From IMG/VR virus record IMGVR_UViG_3300033412_000022, positions 1 to 52,136 of that record: 52,136 bases of DNA; one strand, given 5' to 3'. Source of the stretch: a virus. Positions within the stretch are counted from its first letter, which is position 1. Each line of letters starts with the position of its first letter. Under the pieces are notes generated by a model. That model was not told the DNA's origin. It was given only the letters and a program-made list of their open reading frames with translations, and searched no databases. Both the position numbers and the translations under genes were made by a program. Shown in pieces: positions 1-7,057 of the stretch.

Positions 1-45
1 GAGATAGTTGTAGGGGGGCATTGTCTACCCCCCCCCCGATTTTTT
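1..45. repeat. Terminal direct repeat, copy 1 (identical to 52092..52136)
   Basis: gagatagttgtaggggggcattgtctaccccccccccgatttttt is both the first and the last 45 nt. It contains a C10 run (28..37) and the parB-like ATG (21..19, minus strand). Confidence 0.95.
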
Positions 46-374
46 CCGGACTTAGCAGGCAGGGTGTTGTACTCCGCTCCTTCGTCCGCGCCGAACTTGT
101 GTTGTCTGGCATCCCCGTTGCAGATGAAATCGAACATTTGCTCTAACTCGTATTTCGCCTGCTCGTAGGTCGTGTAGTGGGCCAGATGCTTGGTGTTCTT
201 CGCCCCGGAGAGCGCCACTATCTGCCAACTGCTTATAGCGCTCTCCGGGGCGTCTGCCAGATCGGCGGTGGACATCATGGGTTCGATGTCGAAGCCGCTG
301 TACTTGGAGATGTCAATGAACCCGCTGCGCTCCTGGTTGCGGAGGTACTTCCCCTCGTATTGCATCGAAGCCAT
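1..374 (-). CDS. Hypothetical early protein, cut by the window edge (continues across the junction to a TGA at 52070; 131 aa in total)
   Basis: ATG at 374 lies 7 nt after AGGAGA and 13 nt downstream of the RecT-like stop. Reads MASMQYEGKYLRNQERSGFIDISKY... Not in the ORF track because it has no stop inside the window start. Its 3' end passes through the G10 run and overlaps the parB-like start. Confidence 0.6.
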   Translation of the reverse strand, partial: MASMQYEGKYLRNQERSGFIDISKYSGFDIEPMMSTADLADAPESAISSWQIVALSGAKNTKHLAHYTTYEQAKYELEQMFDFICNGDARQHKFGADEGAEYNTLPAKSGKNRGGGRQCPPTTI

Positions 375-386
375 TCAAGGGGTCTC

Positions 387-1295
387 CTACTCCCCCTGAA
401 AGGGGTCAACCTCAATTGCCGGAGCAGGAGCAGCCTTGGCAAAAGCGCTCGCGTTGAGACGGTCGTAGGCTTCCGCGTAATCGGCGGCGGTGGAGTTCTT
501 CGGATCGGGCGCGTCGCCGTTGGGGTACAGGAGAGCTTTGAGTTCGGCGAAGTCCTCTTTGGTCTTGTAGCCGCGTTTGTTGGCTTCCCCCTTGAACGCA
601 TCCACCCACTTCTGCATTTCCGCCCGTTGTAATGTGGCTTCCGCTTCCCGCGCGGCAATCGCCTCCGCATCCGCCGCGGACGTTTCCGCCTCTGGCGGGG
701 TGACCAGTTCCAGCGGCGCGGCGGACTGTTGCGGGACGTAACCCGTCGCCGGTTCCAGCGGCTCGAAGTTGATGGCCTCCTCCGGCGTGTAAATCCCGAT
801 GATCACACCCGGCAGGACAGCCCGGACGCCTTCACTGACAACACGCGCGGCGAGCATCTGACCGGGATGCTTGCGCCAGGTGTCCTTGTTCGTCAGTCCC
901 GCGCGGGTCGCTCTCGCCATGTCCCAGACGATGGTCACGCGCCCGCCCGCCGGATGGTCAAAGGTGGCGGCGGCACGCTGGTCGGTGCGCTCTTCCCACT
1001 GCACGCGCCCGCCGGCTGCCTGGAATTCGGCGAGCATGGCATCAGCCTTCATCGTGGGCCGGTTGTTGATAACGTGGTATCGCTCCATGGCCGCCATCGG
1101 GTGAAGCCCTTTGGCTTGGCAGAGGAGCATCAGGGCGAAGGCTTGGGCCTCGGTCTTTATCTCGCCGAACAGACGGCTTTCCACCGCCACTTGCGCCATG
1201 CGCTCCACTGCCTGCACGGTATGGAGCGCGGCGGCAGTCAGTTGGTTGTTGGTAGCGGCAATCAGTTCCATCCCGCCGGAAGTCTTTGTCGTCAC
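387..1295 (-). CDS. RecT/Redbeta-superfamily single-strand annealing protein
   Basis: KTEAQAFALMLLCQAKGLHPMAAMERYHVI and WRKHPGQMLAARVVSEGVRAVLPGVIIGIYTPEE align by eye with lambda Bet (DAQFIALLIVANQYGLNP... / WQSHPKRMLRHKAMIQCARLAFGFAGIYDKDE). Start chosen as GTG 1295 (AGGAGA plus 8 nt); the track start at 1433 is unlikely. Confidence 0.7.
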   Translation of the reverse strand: MTTKTSGGMELIAATNNQLTAAALHTVQAVERMAQVAVESRLFGEIKTEAQAFALMLLCQAKGLHPMAAMERYHVINNRPTMKADAMLAEFQAAGGRVQWEERTDQRAAATFDHPAGGRVTIVWDMARATRAGLTNKDTWRKHPGQMLAARVVSEGVRAVLPGVIIGIYTPEEAINFEPLEPATGYVPQQSAAPLELVTPPEAETSAADAEAIAAREAEATLQRAEMQKWVDAFKGEANKRGYKTKEDFAELKALLYPNGDAPDPKNSTAADYAEAYDRLNASAFAKAAPAPAIEVDPFQGE

Positions 1296-1297
1296 AG

Positions 1298-1450
1298 TTA
1301 ATGTCTCCTGAAAAGTTCGTCTAATCGAAACGCAATGGCAAGCATCGCCGCGCAGAGGATGGTAGGAACCATGGGGTGGCTTGCTTCCGCCGTCCCCACG
1401 AGAAACAGACCGAGAATCATCACCCACATCCAACGCAGGTCCTCGGTCAT
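1298..1450 (-). CDS. Small hydrophobic protein, 50 aa (not in ORF track)
   Basis: MTEDLRWMWVMILGLFLVGTAEASHPMVPTILCAAMLAIAFRLDELFRRH. ATGA overlap with the upstream stop (1447..1450). Its TAA (1300..1298) lies 2 nt before the RecT-like GTG. Confidence 0.5.
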   Translation of the reverse strand: MTEDLRWMWVMILGLFLVGTAEASHPMVPTILCAAMLAIAFRLDELFRRH

Positions 1451-1905
1451 CGGCCTATCCTCCGGCGGTCACCAATGGTTTCCGCGGTCTCGTCGTAGGC
1501 TGGCGCGTACTCGTCATCAAAAGGAAGCTGCAACGCCCCTGGGTTGTCGGCATTGCCCACCAGGACCTTGGCGGCGAGTTCTTGCGCCTTGGGGACGCGC
1601 CATCCCTTCTCTGCCGGACTCCATACCCCGCCCAGAGCTTTCAGTTGGTCCTTAACGGGGTAGGTGTCGCCGGTTATCAGCACGGTCGCTGCCGCCTGCG
1701 GGGAGTTGCGCTCCTGCTCGGCGATGATGGTCCGGGCGCGGGCGATGGCGTTATACCAACTCTGCCGGTCATTCAGGCGGTGGGTCTCGTATATCTCCGT
1801 CTGAAGATCCCGCGGGACAAGTCGCCAATGCGCAGGACAGAACGCCAGATGCTTGCTGATCTGCGCGGTGCAGGTGGTCATCAGGCATTCGTGGGTGTCA
1901 GGCAT
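1447..1905 (-). CDS. Hypothetical protein (Cys/His-rich N-terminus)
   Basis: ATG 1905 preceded by GGGGAGGA; 8-nt overlap with the upstream gene. MPDTHECLMTTCTAQISKHLAFCPAHW... Confidence 0.6.
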   Translation of the reverse strand: MPDTHECLMTTCTAQISKHLAFCPAHWRLVPRDLQTEIYETHRLNDRQSWYNAIARARTIIAEQERNSPQAAATVLITGDTYPVKDQLKALGGVWSPAEKGWRVPKAQELAAKVLVGNADNPGALQLPFDDEYAPAYDETAETIGDRRRIGR

Positions 1906-2293
1906 GACCGTCCTCCCCTCTCGCCTTTGCAAGCGCCGCACGGGCTCGCGACAGCGTTTCGATACAGGCCCGTTCGGTATTGGGAAAACCTTGGAAGTGG
2001 TAGAAACCCAAAATGTGGGCCAATAAGCCTGTCGCGTTATCTAGTGCTGCGTATATTTCCGGTGAAGCCCCAATTATCGCCCGGTCTGCCGCGTTCTTGA
2101 TACCACCGCCATAACAACTCAGAACCCATTCACCGGCAGGGCTGGTCAATCGGATAGTGTCGTAACTCTGGCTCCATTCCCAGGGTCCTGGTGTGAAAGC
2201 CGGTTCGTGGGAGGAAGTCTGACTTTTGGCAGGAATGGATACCATGCCATCGGTGGCAGTCCGCCCCTTGTGGGATTCGGGTAGGGTTGGCAT
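1898..2293 (-). CDS. Hypothetical protein
   Basis: 131-aa ORF with TAATG overlap to the upstream coiled-coil gene. It has a TPGPWEW motif that I recall from ead/Ea22-like prophage proteins (unverified). Confidence 0.55.
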   Translation of the reverse strand: MPTLPESHKGRTATDGMVSIPAKSQTSSHEPAFTPGPWEWSQSYDTIRLTSPAGEWVLSCYGGGIKNAADRAIIGASPEIYAALDNATGLLAHILGFYHFQGFPNTERACIETLSRARAALAKARGEDGHA

Positions 2294-2562
2294 TAGCGAT
2301 AACCCTCCTTGCGGAAATTGATAGCGGACTGCGCCGCGTGCTGTTCGGTACGAGCAACGCGGCAGGCTTTGCGCGCGTCCTGCAACTGCCCGGTCAGGCT
2401 GGTGACATCCTCCTCCGCGCGGCGGCGCTGGTGCTTCTCGGTCATCAGTTCCCGGCGGAGGCCGTCGCGCTCTCCAGCCAGGGCGAGAATCTGCCCGTCC
2501 TTCTGCGCGAGTTGCTTGCGCAGGTGGGTTATCTCGTCTTCGGGGTCATACAGCGCTGGCAT
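2293..2562 (-). CDS. Coiled-coil hypothetical protein
   Basis: 89 aa; GAGGAGG SD before ATG 2562; heptad-like charged sequence. Confidence 0.55.
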   Translation of the reverse strand: MPALYDPEDEITHLRKQLAQKDGQILALAGERDGLRRELMTEKHQRRRAEEDVTSLTGQLQDARKACRVARTEQHAAQSAINFRKEGYR

Positions 2563-2785
2563 GGCGGGCCTCCTCTTCAGCAGGAGTAACCCCGCCGTAG
2601 GCTTTCCCGCAGAACGGACAAAACTCTGCTACAATCAGCGGAGGGGTGGGCGTGAACAGGGACGGCCCTGTCGGATAGGTGTTGATAACAACCCGTTGCG
2701 GACTTTCGCCGAGGGTAAACGTCGCGTCAATCCGGCGGAGGCTGTCTTTCAGGCGGGCGTTGTGCTGTTTGATGCAGTCACACAT
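2546..2785 (-). CDS. Small Cys-rich hypothetical protein
   Basis: Start taken at MCDCIKQH (ATG 2785, ATGTGTGA overlap with the upstream stop). CDC...CPFC motif. Confidence 0.45.
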   Translation of the reverse strand: MCDCIKQHNARLKDSLRRIDATFTLGESPQRVVINTYPTGPSLFTPTPPLIVAEFCPFCGKAYGGVTPAEEEARHASAV

Positions 2786-3083
2786 TAGCGGCCTCCAATT
2801 CCAGGGCTTGCGCGAGAGTGAGCGGGAAACTCGGCAGTTGAAGGGTGCGCAAGAGCGACGCATGGTAGCGGTCAATGGCGGTGATCGCCTGGACAACCGC
2901 CTGCCGCTTTGCCCGCCGTCCCCGGCAGGTTGCGGTCTCGCCCCGCTTGCCCGTCGCCGGGTACTGGGTGTCGAACCATACCGCCTGCCACCCGCCGCGT
3001 TGACCGGACGGGCGCAGGCGAATCGTAAAGCCGCGGTAGGGGCGCTCCATAGCCTCCGCGACTTTGGAGAAGGATGCTGTCAT
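2778..3083 (-). CDS. Hypothetical protein
   Basis: ATG 3083 preceded by GGGAGGG. MTASFSKVAEAMERPYRGFTIRL... Confidence 0.5.
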   Translation of the reverse strand: MTASFSKVAEAMERPYRGFTIRLRPSGQRGGWQAVWFDTQYPATGKRGETATCRGRRAKRQAVVQAITAIDRYHASLLRTLQLPSFPLTLAQALELEAANV

Positions 3084-3139
3084 GCTGTCCCTCCCCACAG
3101 AATCTGTGGTAAACTGTTCATTGTTAGCACGAACCTTTC

Positions 3140-3472
3140 TTAGGCGCTCCGCTGGGTGGCACCCCGGCGGGGCGTTTTTGTTTGTGTGCCAGGGCAGGAC
3201 TGCAATCCCGCCCCGGCGTTTGACCGGGTGTTCCCCGGTCGTTTGGGTTTCCCGCCGCGTGAACCGGTGAAAACCACAATCGAACAACTGAGGAGAGCCG
3301 CGAGCCGCAGGGCCATCGTGTAGTTCCGAACGGGGTAGCCCTGATCGTAATGGCGGACGGTGGAAACAGCGCGCCGTATCCGGGCCGCCAGTCTCACCAG
3401 TCCCTCCGGGCCGCCGTAGCCCGCCGCCTCGCGAGCCACCCGAAACGCCGAAGGTTTTTTCGTATCCGCCAC
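3140..3472 (-). CDS. Hypothetical protein, first gene after the early-left promoter
   Basis: GTG 3472 preceded by AGGAGA plus 9 nt. The C-terminal third is low complexity. Confidence 0.4.
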   Translation of the reverse strand: MADTKKPSAFRVAREAAGYGGPEGLVRLAARIRRAVSTVRHYDQGYPVRNYTMALRLAALLSCSIVVFTGSRGGKPKRPGNTRSNAGAGLQSCPGTQTKTPRRGATQRSA

Positions 3473-3573
3473 TGCTGACTGTCTCCTGAAAGTGTTAGCA
3501 ACCCGCCCGCACCGGCTACCGGCAAAGCCTCGGAAAGAGATGGCGCTGAGTACGCGAGCGGGTTGCTGATCCA

Positions 3574-3602
3574 ATATTAACTCATAGTTAATATCGTGTC
3601 AA
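3574..3602 (-). promoter_or_regulatory. Early-left sigma70-like promoter (TTGACA-17-TAATAT) with a perfect 9+3+9 palindromic operator O1
   Basis: On the minus strand the -35 is at 3602..3597 and the -10 at 3579..3574. The palindrome ATATTAACTCATAGTTAATAT (3574..3594) fills the spacer and the -10. Confidence 0.7.
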
Positions 3603-3614
3603 GTAGAAAATTAA

Positions 3615-3848
3615 CTATGACTGAACACTTTCGACTTTCCCTGCTTGCCGCCGGGTTTCCTTTGCAGCTTCGGAGACAGTCTGAAGGTCGCACCCTATAA
3701 TGTCGGCGTAGGCCTGAAGAGTGGTGAGGCGGGTGGAGCCGTCCCTCTCAATCTTGTACAAAGCGGTGTACGAGATATTGAGACGCCTGGAAAGATCGAC
3801 AGGCGTAACCCCTTTGCTTTTGCGTAACTCTTTCAGCGTCATATTCAT
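3615..3848 (-). CDS. Cro-like XRE-family HTH regulator
   Basis: MNMTLKELRKSKGVTPVDLSRRLNISYTALYKIERDG is a classic HTH_3 pattern. The gene is divergent from the CI-like gene. Confidence 0.85.
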   Translation of the reverse strand: MNMTLKELRKSKGVTPVDLSRRLNISYTALYKIERDGSTRLTTLQAYADIIGCDLQTVSEAAKETRRQAGKVESVQS

Positions 3849-3854
3849 AAGTTT

Positions 3855-3883
3855 ATATTAACCCATAATGAATATTGATGCAA
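3855..3883 (-). promoter_or_regulatory. Promoter of the cro-like gene (TTGCAT-17-TAATAT) with operator O2; leaderless arrangement
   Basis: -10 at 3860..3855, with the ATG only 6 nt downstream and no SD. O2 ATATTAACCCATAATGAATAT (3855..3875) matches O1 at 14 of 16 arm positions. Confidence 0.55.
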
Positions 3884-3918
3884 TGCGGGTTTCACCACAT
3901 GTTCATTCAAAATTACAA

Positions 3919-3947
3919 TTGCAGTAGTAACTAAAAGTTAATACAAT
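3919..3947 (+). promoter_or_regulatory. Promoter of the CI-like gene (TTGCAG-17-TACAAT) with operator O3
   Basis: O3 GTAGTAACTAAAAGTTAATAC (3924..3944) has the same TAAC-N5-GTTA core as O1 and sits in the spacer. Confidence 0.5.
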
Positions 3948-3982
3948 GTGTATAACGTTGCGGAAAGGAAGTACGCCCGGAT

Positions 3983-4429
3983 ATGTTGACGCTTTCTCGG
4001 CCCGCTCCAGTTGTAGGTTTAGAGAGGATTCCGCCCTTTATGGCGACCTCGTTCGGTCAATGGCTTAAAGAGCAGTTGGAGCGACGCGGACTGTCTCAAA
4101 GGCAGTTAGCACTCGCTGTAAATAAAACACCTTCACATATATCGCAGGTCATAAATGACCGCGGCGGATTGTCACCTGACCTGGTGAACGAAATCGCCGA
4201 TGTATTGGAAGTGCCACGCAAAGCAGCTTTGCAAGCGTGGATAGATTCGCAGTCTGGCGAAGGCGAAGAACTCACCCGCGAGCCAGTTGACCCGGATCTG
4301 GCGAGAATCAACGAGTTGTGGCGCGACGGCAAGATTTCCGAGCGAGACAAGAAAGTGATGCTCTTGCTTGCCGCCCAGAACGAGGAAGACGAGCGGCAGG
4401 ACTCCATCGGTAAGACTCCAAGCAATTAA
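3983..4429 (+). CDS. CI/ImmR-like XRE-family HTH repressor
   Basis: FGQWLKEQLERRGLSQRQLALAVNKTPSHISQVINDRGG. The start could be ATG 3983 or ATG 4040. Confidence 0.8.
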   Translation: MLTLSRPAPVVGLERIPPFMATSFGQWLKEQLERRGLSQRQLALAVNKTPSHISQVINDRGGLSPDLVNEIADVLEVPRKAALQAWIDSQSGEGEELTREPVDPDLARINELWRDGKISERDKKVMLLLAAQNEEDERQDSIGKTPSN

Positions 4430-4466
4430 CTTTCACAGATAGATGTAGAGAAAAGCCGCACGCTAG

Positions 4467-4961
4467 ATGTGGCAAACATGTGTTTTAACGGACAAGTCAG
4501 GAGACGCGGAAGGAATGGACCTGCCGCTACAGCGCAAAGCGAGAAAACCCCGCAGGAAAGAGAGACCGGGCAAAAACCCGCTAAAGGTGAGGGACCATGA
4601 ACTTCAAGCGCAGTTTATCGCCAGAAGGCTTCGGGTTTTGGCTGAGGGCGAGATAGGCGACCCGGAAACCTGGCAGAGCCTCGCGCGTCGCCTCCGGGTG
4701 AGATACGTCCGGGCCGACTGCATGACAGGCATTTACTCCCGACCCGGATGGGATTCGTACCGAGCATCTATCGCAATTAGCATTTACGCCTCAGACGATC
4801 AAGAGTGCCGTTATGCTGTCCACGAATTAGCACACCATCTGACATATGAGTCTCAGGGGTACTTCTTCGCGGAGGAAACGATTGTGCATCGCTATGACGA
4901 TGAAAACGGAGGTATCGGGCATCGCATTGCCTGCCGGGTGGAAAGGTTGGTGTTGGGTTGA
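4467..4961 (+). CDS. ImmA/IrrE-like zinc metallopeptidase (candidate anti-repressor protease)
   Basis: HEXXH motif in RYAVHELAHHLTYE. The gene lies immediately downstream of the XRE repressor, as in ImmR/ImmA modules. Confidence 0.6.
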   Translation: MWQTCVLTDKSGDAEGMDLPLQRKARKPRRKERPGKNPLKVRDHELQAQFIARRLRVLAEGEIGDPETWQSLARRLRVRYVRADCMTGIYSRPGWDSYRASIAISIYASDDQECRYAVHELAHHLTYESQGYFFAEETIVHRYDDENGGIGHRIACRVERLVLG

Positions 4962-5536
4962 AGCCGATGCAAGTGATAGGTGTGGCAATCGTCCTTTTGT
5001 TGGTCGCCTTGCTGTTTTTCAGCATTGGTAGACAATCTCAGATTTCCACACCCTCCGTCCAGGTGGCGGGGCGCCCACCGGTACCAGCTTCTGCTACGCC
5101 TCCGCCATTTCAACCCAATAGAAACACACAGGCTGTCCGAGCATATTTAACAGCCGCTCTGGTACTACTCGATGGCGTTGAAGACAGCATCAATGCGTTG
5201 GAGAGAACGACAGCAGAAGGTCGGCAGAATATCGCGATGTTTCAAAATCCCGAATACAAAAATTCATGGGCAGTCAAAGCAGCTTTGTCTTGCACAGTTA
5301 TTAAAAATTTCGGAAAAACGACATTTGAAATCACAGATGTCCCCCCGGAATGCTATGACATGCACCGCCTCTTGGTTTCCATCGGTCGCAAATCGGTGGT
5401 GTTCGCGGAAATATTTGTCGGCGACGTTTTATTTATTCTAACCCAAGGCTCGCAACAGGTAGCTAATGATGCAATGGAATTGCGGGCTGAAATCCAACGG
5501 TTTCGCCAATACGCAGGACGGCAGGTGACACAATGA
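4958..5536 (+). CDS. Membrane-anchored hypothetical protein
   Basis: N-terminal TM segment VIGVAIVLLLVALLFFSI followed by a Pro-rich linker. Overlaps the upstream stop. Confidence 0.55.
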   Translation: MKPMQVIGVAIVLLLVALLFFSIGRQSQISTPSVQVAGRPPVPASATPPPFQPNRNTQAVRAYLTAALVLLDGVEDSINALERTTAEGRQNIAMFQNPEYKNSWAVKAALSCTVIKNFGKTTFEITDVPPECYDMHRLLVSIGRKSVVFAEIFVGDVLFILTQGSQQVANDAMELRAEIQRFRQYAGRQVTQ

Positions 5537-5679
5537 ACCTCGTCTATACCATCTTTCTAACCGCCGGGTGGACCTGGTTCGCCATGGCGCTGACCTGTCC
5601 CCGCTCCATCGCTCGCCGCCAGTTGGGGGATCTGGGAGGATATGCCATGCGGTTGTTGGGACTCAACAAACAACCCTAA
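5533..5679 (+). CDS. Small membrane protein, 48 aa (not in ORF track)
   Basis: ATGA overlap with the previous gene. MNLVYTIFLTAGWTWFAMALTCPRSIARRQLGDLGGYAMRLLGLNKQP. Confidence 0.4.
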   Translation: MNLVYTIFLTAGWTWFAMALTCPRSIARRQLGDLGGYAMRLLGLNKQP

Positions 5680-5685
5680 AACCCA

Positions 5686-5711
5686 GGGGAGGCTTTTTAT
5701 ATCTCCTCCCC
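5686..5711 (+). promoter_or_regulatory. G-rich stem-loop GGGGAGG-N12-CCTCCCC (member of an intergenic hairpin family)
   Basis: 7-bp perfect stem, 7 nt after the TAA at 5677..5679. Confidence 0.5.
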
Positions 5712-5783
5712 ACGTCTAAAAACCGCCGTTTTCGTAGCGGGTCTAAGGGTCTCCACCTCTCAAAACGAGAGGGAAACGCCGCT

Positions 5784-5830
5784 CCTTGCTTTCAAGGAGG
5801 AGATCACGGGTTCGAATCCCGTCCGGGCTA
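5784..5830 (+). other. tRNA-like 3' fragment (T-arm plus acceptor 3' strand), candidate attP core
   Basis: ACGGG-TTCGAAT-CCCGT T-arm (5806..5822) followed by CCGGGCT-A. A possible anticodon arm has loop CTTTCAA (UUC). No matching 5' acceptor strand or D-arm lies upstream. The integrase starts 71 nt downstream. Confidence 0.45.
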
Positions 5831-5900
5831 TAACTTGATTGATAACTGCAATTATTAATCAATGTTGACAAGGAAAAAGACCCTCCCCGCCGCGTGAACG

Positions 5901-7046
5901 GTGCCTGAAATCCTATTTGGAGGCACTGTTTTGAATCTTACATCTCCTCCTCAGGGTCAAACCGTGGCCCGGAGAATCGTCCAAAAACGGCGTGTCGCCG
6001 CGCCAACTTCCAAGCCCGCCATTATCGCCGAACGCCGCGACTTCCTGCTGGCGGCGCGCGTCCCCTTCCTCGTCCGGTCGTGGGCGGTGGATATGGAATC
6101 CGCGAACCGCTCCGATCGCTACATTGGCAATGTCACCGAGATCCTGGAAAAGTGGATTTGGTGGGCAGGGCATAATCAGTGCGAGCGTTTCGACACCAAC
6201 AGTCTGCGCGGGTTCCTGCGCTACGTCCAGACCGGTCACCAGTTGCCGGAGGGTCGCTGGGGCGAACCGGGGCAGACGCGGCAGGATCATCTGGGGAAAC
6301 CTGGCTATCCCATCAACCAGCGATACTCTCCCGTGGCGGACAGCACCGTTCTGGACTACTACCGCCGTATCCGCGGGTGGTGTTCCTGGCTCGTCAAACA
6401 GGACTATCTGGAATACTCACCGATTGATCGCGTAACCCAACCCCTGGCCCGCTCTAAGCCTCAGTTCAATGTCTTCTCGGAGGATGAGGTACGCAGGATG
6501 GAGGCGGCGGCCCGGAAGAGTAAAACCGCCGCGCGGGACACCGCGCTGGTGCTGTTCCTGGTGGACACCGGCCTGCGGGCGGAGGAAGTAACCACCCTCA
6601 CCTGGAGCCAGGTCAATATGGACAAGGACGAAGCGACATTCCAGGGGAAGGGCGACAAGACGCGCACTGTCTGGTGGAGTCGGGAGGTGGGGAGAGCGCT
6701 GTATGCCTGGAGGTCTGAGTGGGAACTGCCGGAGGGAACCAACGGCCCGGTCTTCCCCTCCCTCGCGAATCGGGCGCACGGGGGCACCATGGACCGCGGC
6801 GGCCTGAGGCATCTCCTGGCCCGTCTGGGGCGTGTTGCAAAGGTGGAGAGGTGCAACCCTCACACGTTCCGCCACACCTGTGCAACGATGCGCGCGCTGT
6901 CTGGCATGGAGCCGTTCGTCTTGAAGGAGTTCCTGGGACACGAGAGCATTGAGACGACCATGAAGTACATCAAGTTCGTTAGGGCCGATCTGTCGGCGAG
7001 CAGCAGGAAGCACAGCCCGGTGGCGATGCTAAGGCGGAAACGGTAG
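5901..7046 (+). CDS. int: Tyrosine recombinase / phage integrase
   Basis: NPHTFRHTCAT (HxxR) and LGHESIETTMKYI (catalytic Tyr) near the C-terminus. The start is uncertain (GTG 5901, or TTG 5931 after GGAGG). Confidence 0.9.
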   Translation: MPEILFGGTVLNLTSPPQGQTVARRIVQKRRVAAPTSKPAIIAERRDFLLAARVPFLVRSWAVDMESANRSDRYIGNVTEILEKWIWWAGHNQCERFDTNSLRGFLRYVQTGHQLPEGRWGEPGQTRQDHLGKPGYPINQRYSPVADSTVLDYYRRIRGWCSWLVKQDYLEYSPIDRVTQPLARSKPQFNVFSEDEVRRMEAAARKSKTAARDTALVLFLVDTGLRAEEVTTLTWSQVNMDKDEATFQGKGDKTRTVWWSREVGRALYAWRSEWELPEGTNGPVFPSLANRAHGGTMDRGGLRHLLARLGRVAKVERCNPHTFRHTCATMRALSGMEPFVLKEFLGHESIETTMKYIKFVRADLSASSRKHSPVAMLRRKR

Positions 7047-7057
7047 TTGAGAGGATG

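Noticed and set aside
1-45. The terminal repeat considered as a genuine virion direct terminal repeat.
   Set aside because: Sequence alone cannot separate this from an assembler overlap on a circular or circularly permuted molecule. At 45 nt it is short for a DTR, and genes read through it. It is treated as circular closure pending read-end analysis.
177-670. Plus-strand and alternative-frame ORFs at the window start (177..632, 190..399, 275..670).
   Set aside because: They overlap the better-supported minus-strand genes (1..374 and the RecT-like CDS), and their translations are low in complexity.
5730-5830. Possible complete tRNA gene.
   Set aside because: Only the T-arm and the 3' acceptor strand fold canonically. 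No complementary 5' acceptor strand (AGCCCGG) or D-arm exists upstream, and the anticodon stem has a G-G mismatch. It is reported only as a fragment.
5568-5858. 96-aa plus-strand ORF between the lysogeny genes and the integrase.
   Set aside because: It runs through the G-rich hairpin and the tRNA-like fragment. It has a non-ATG start, and the region is better explained as attP/non-coding.
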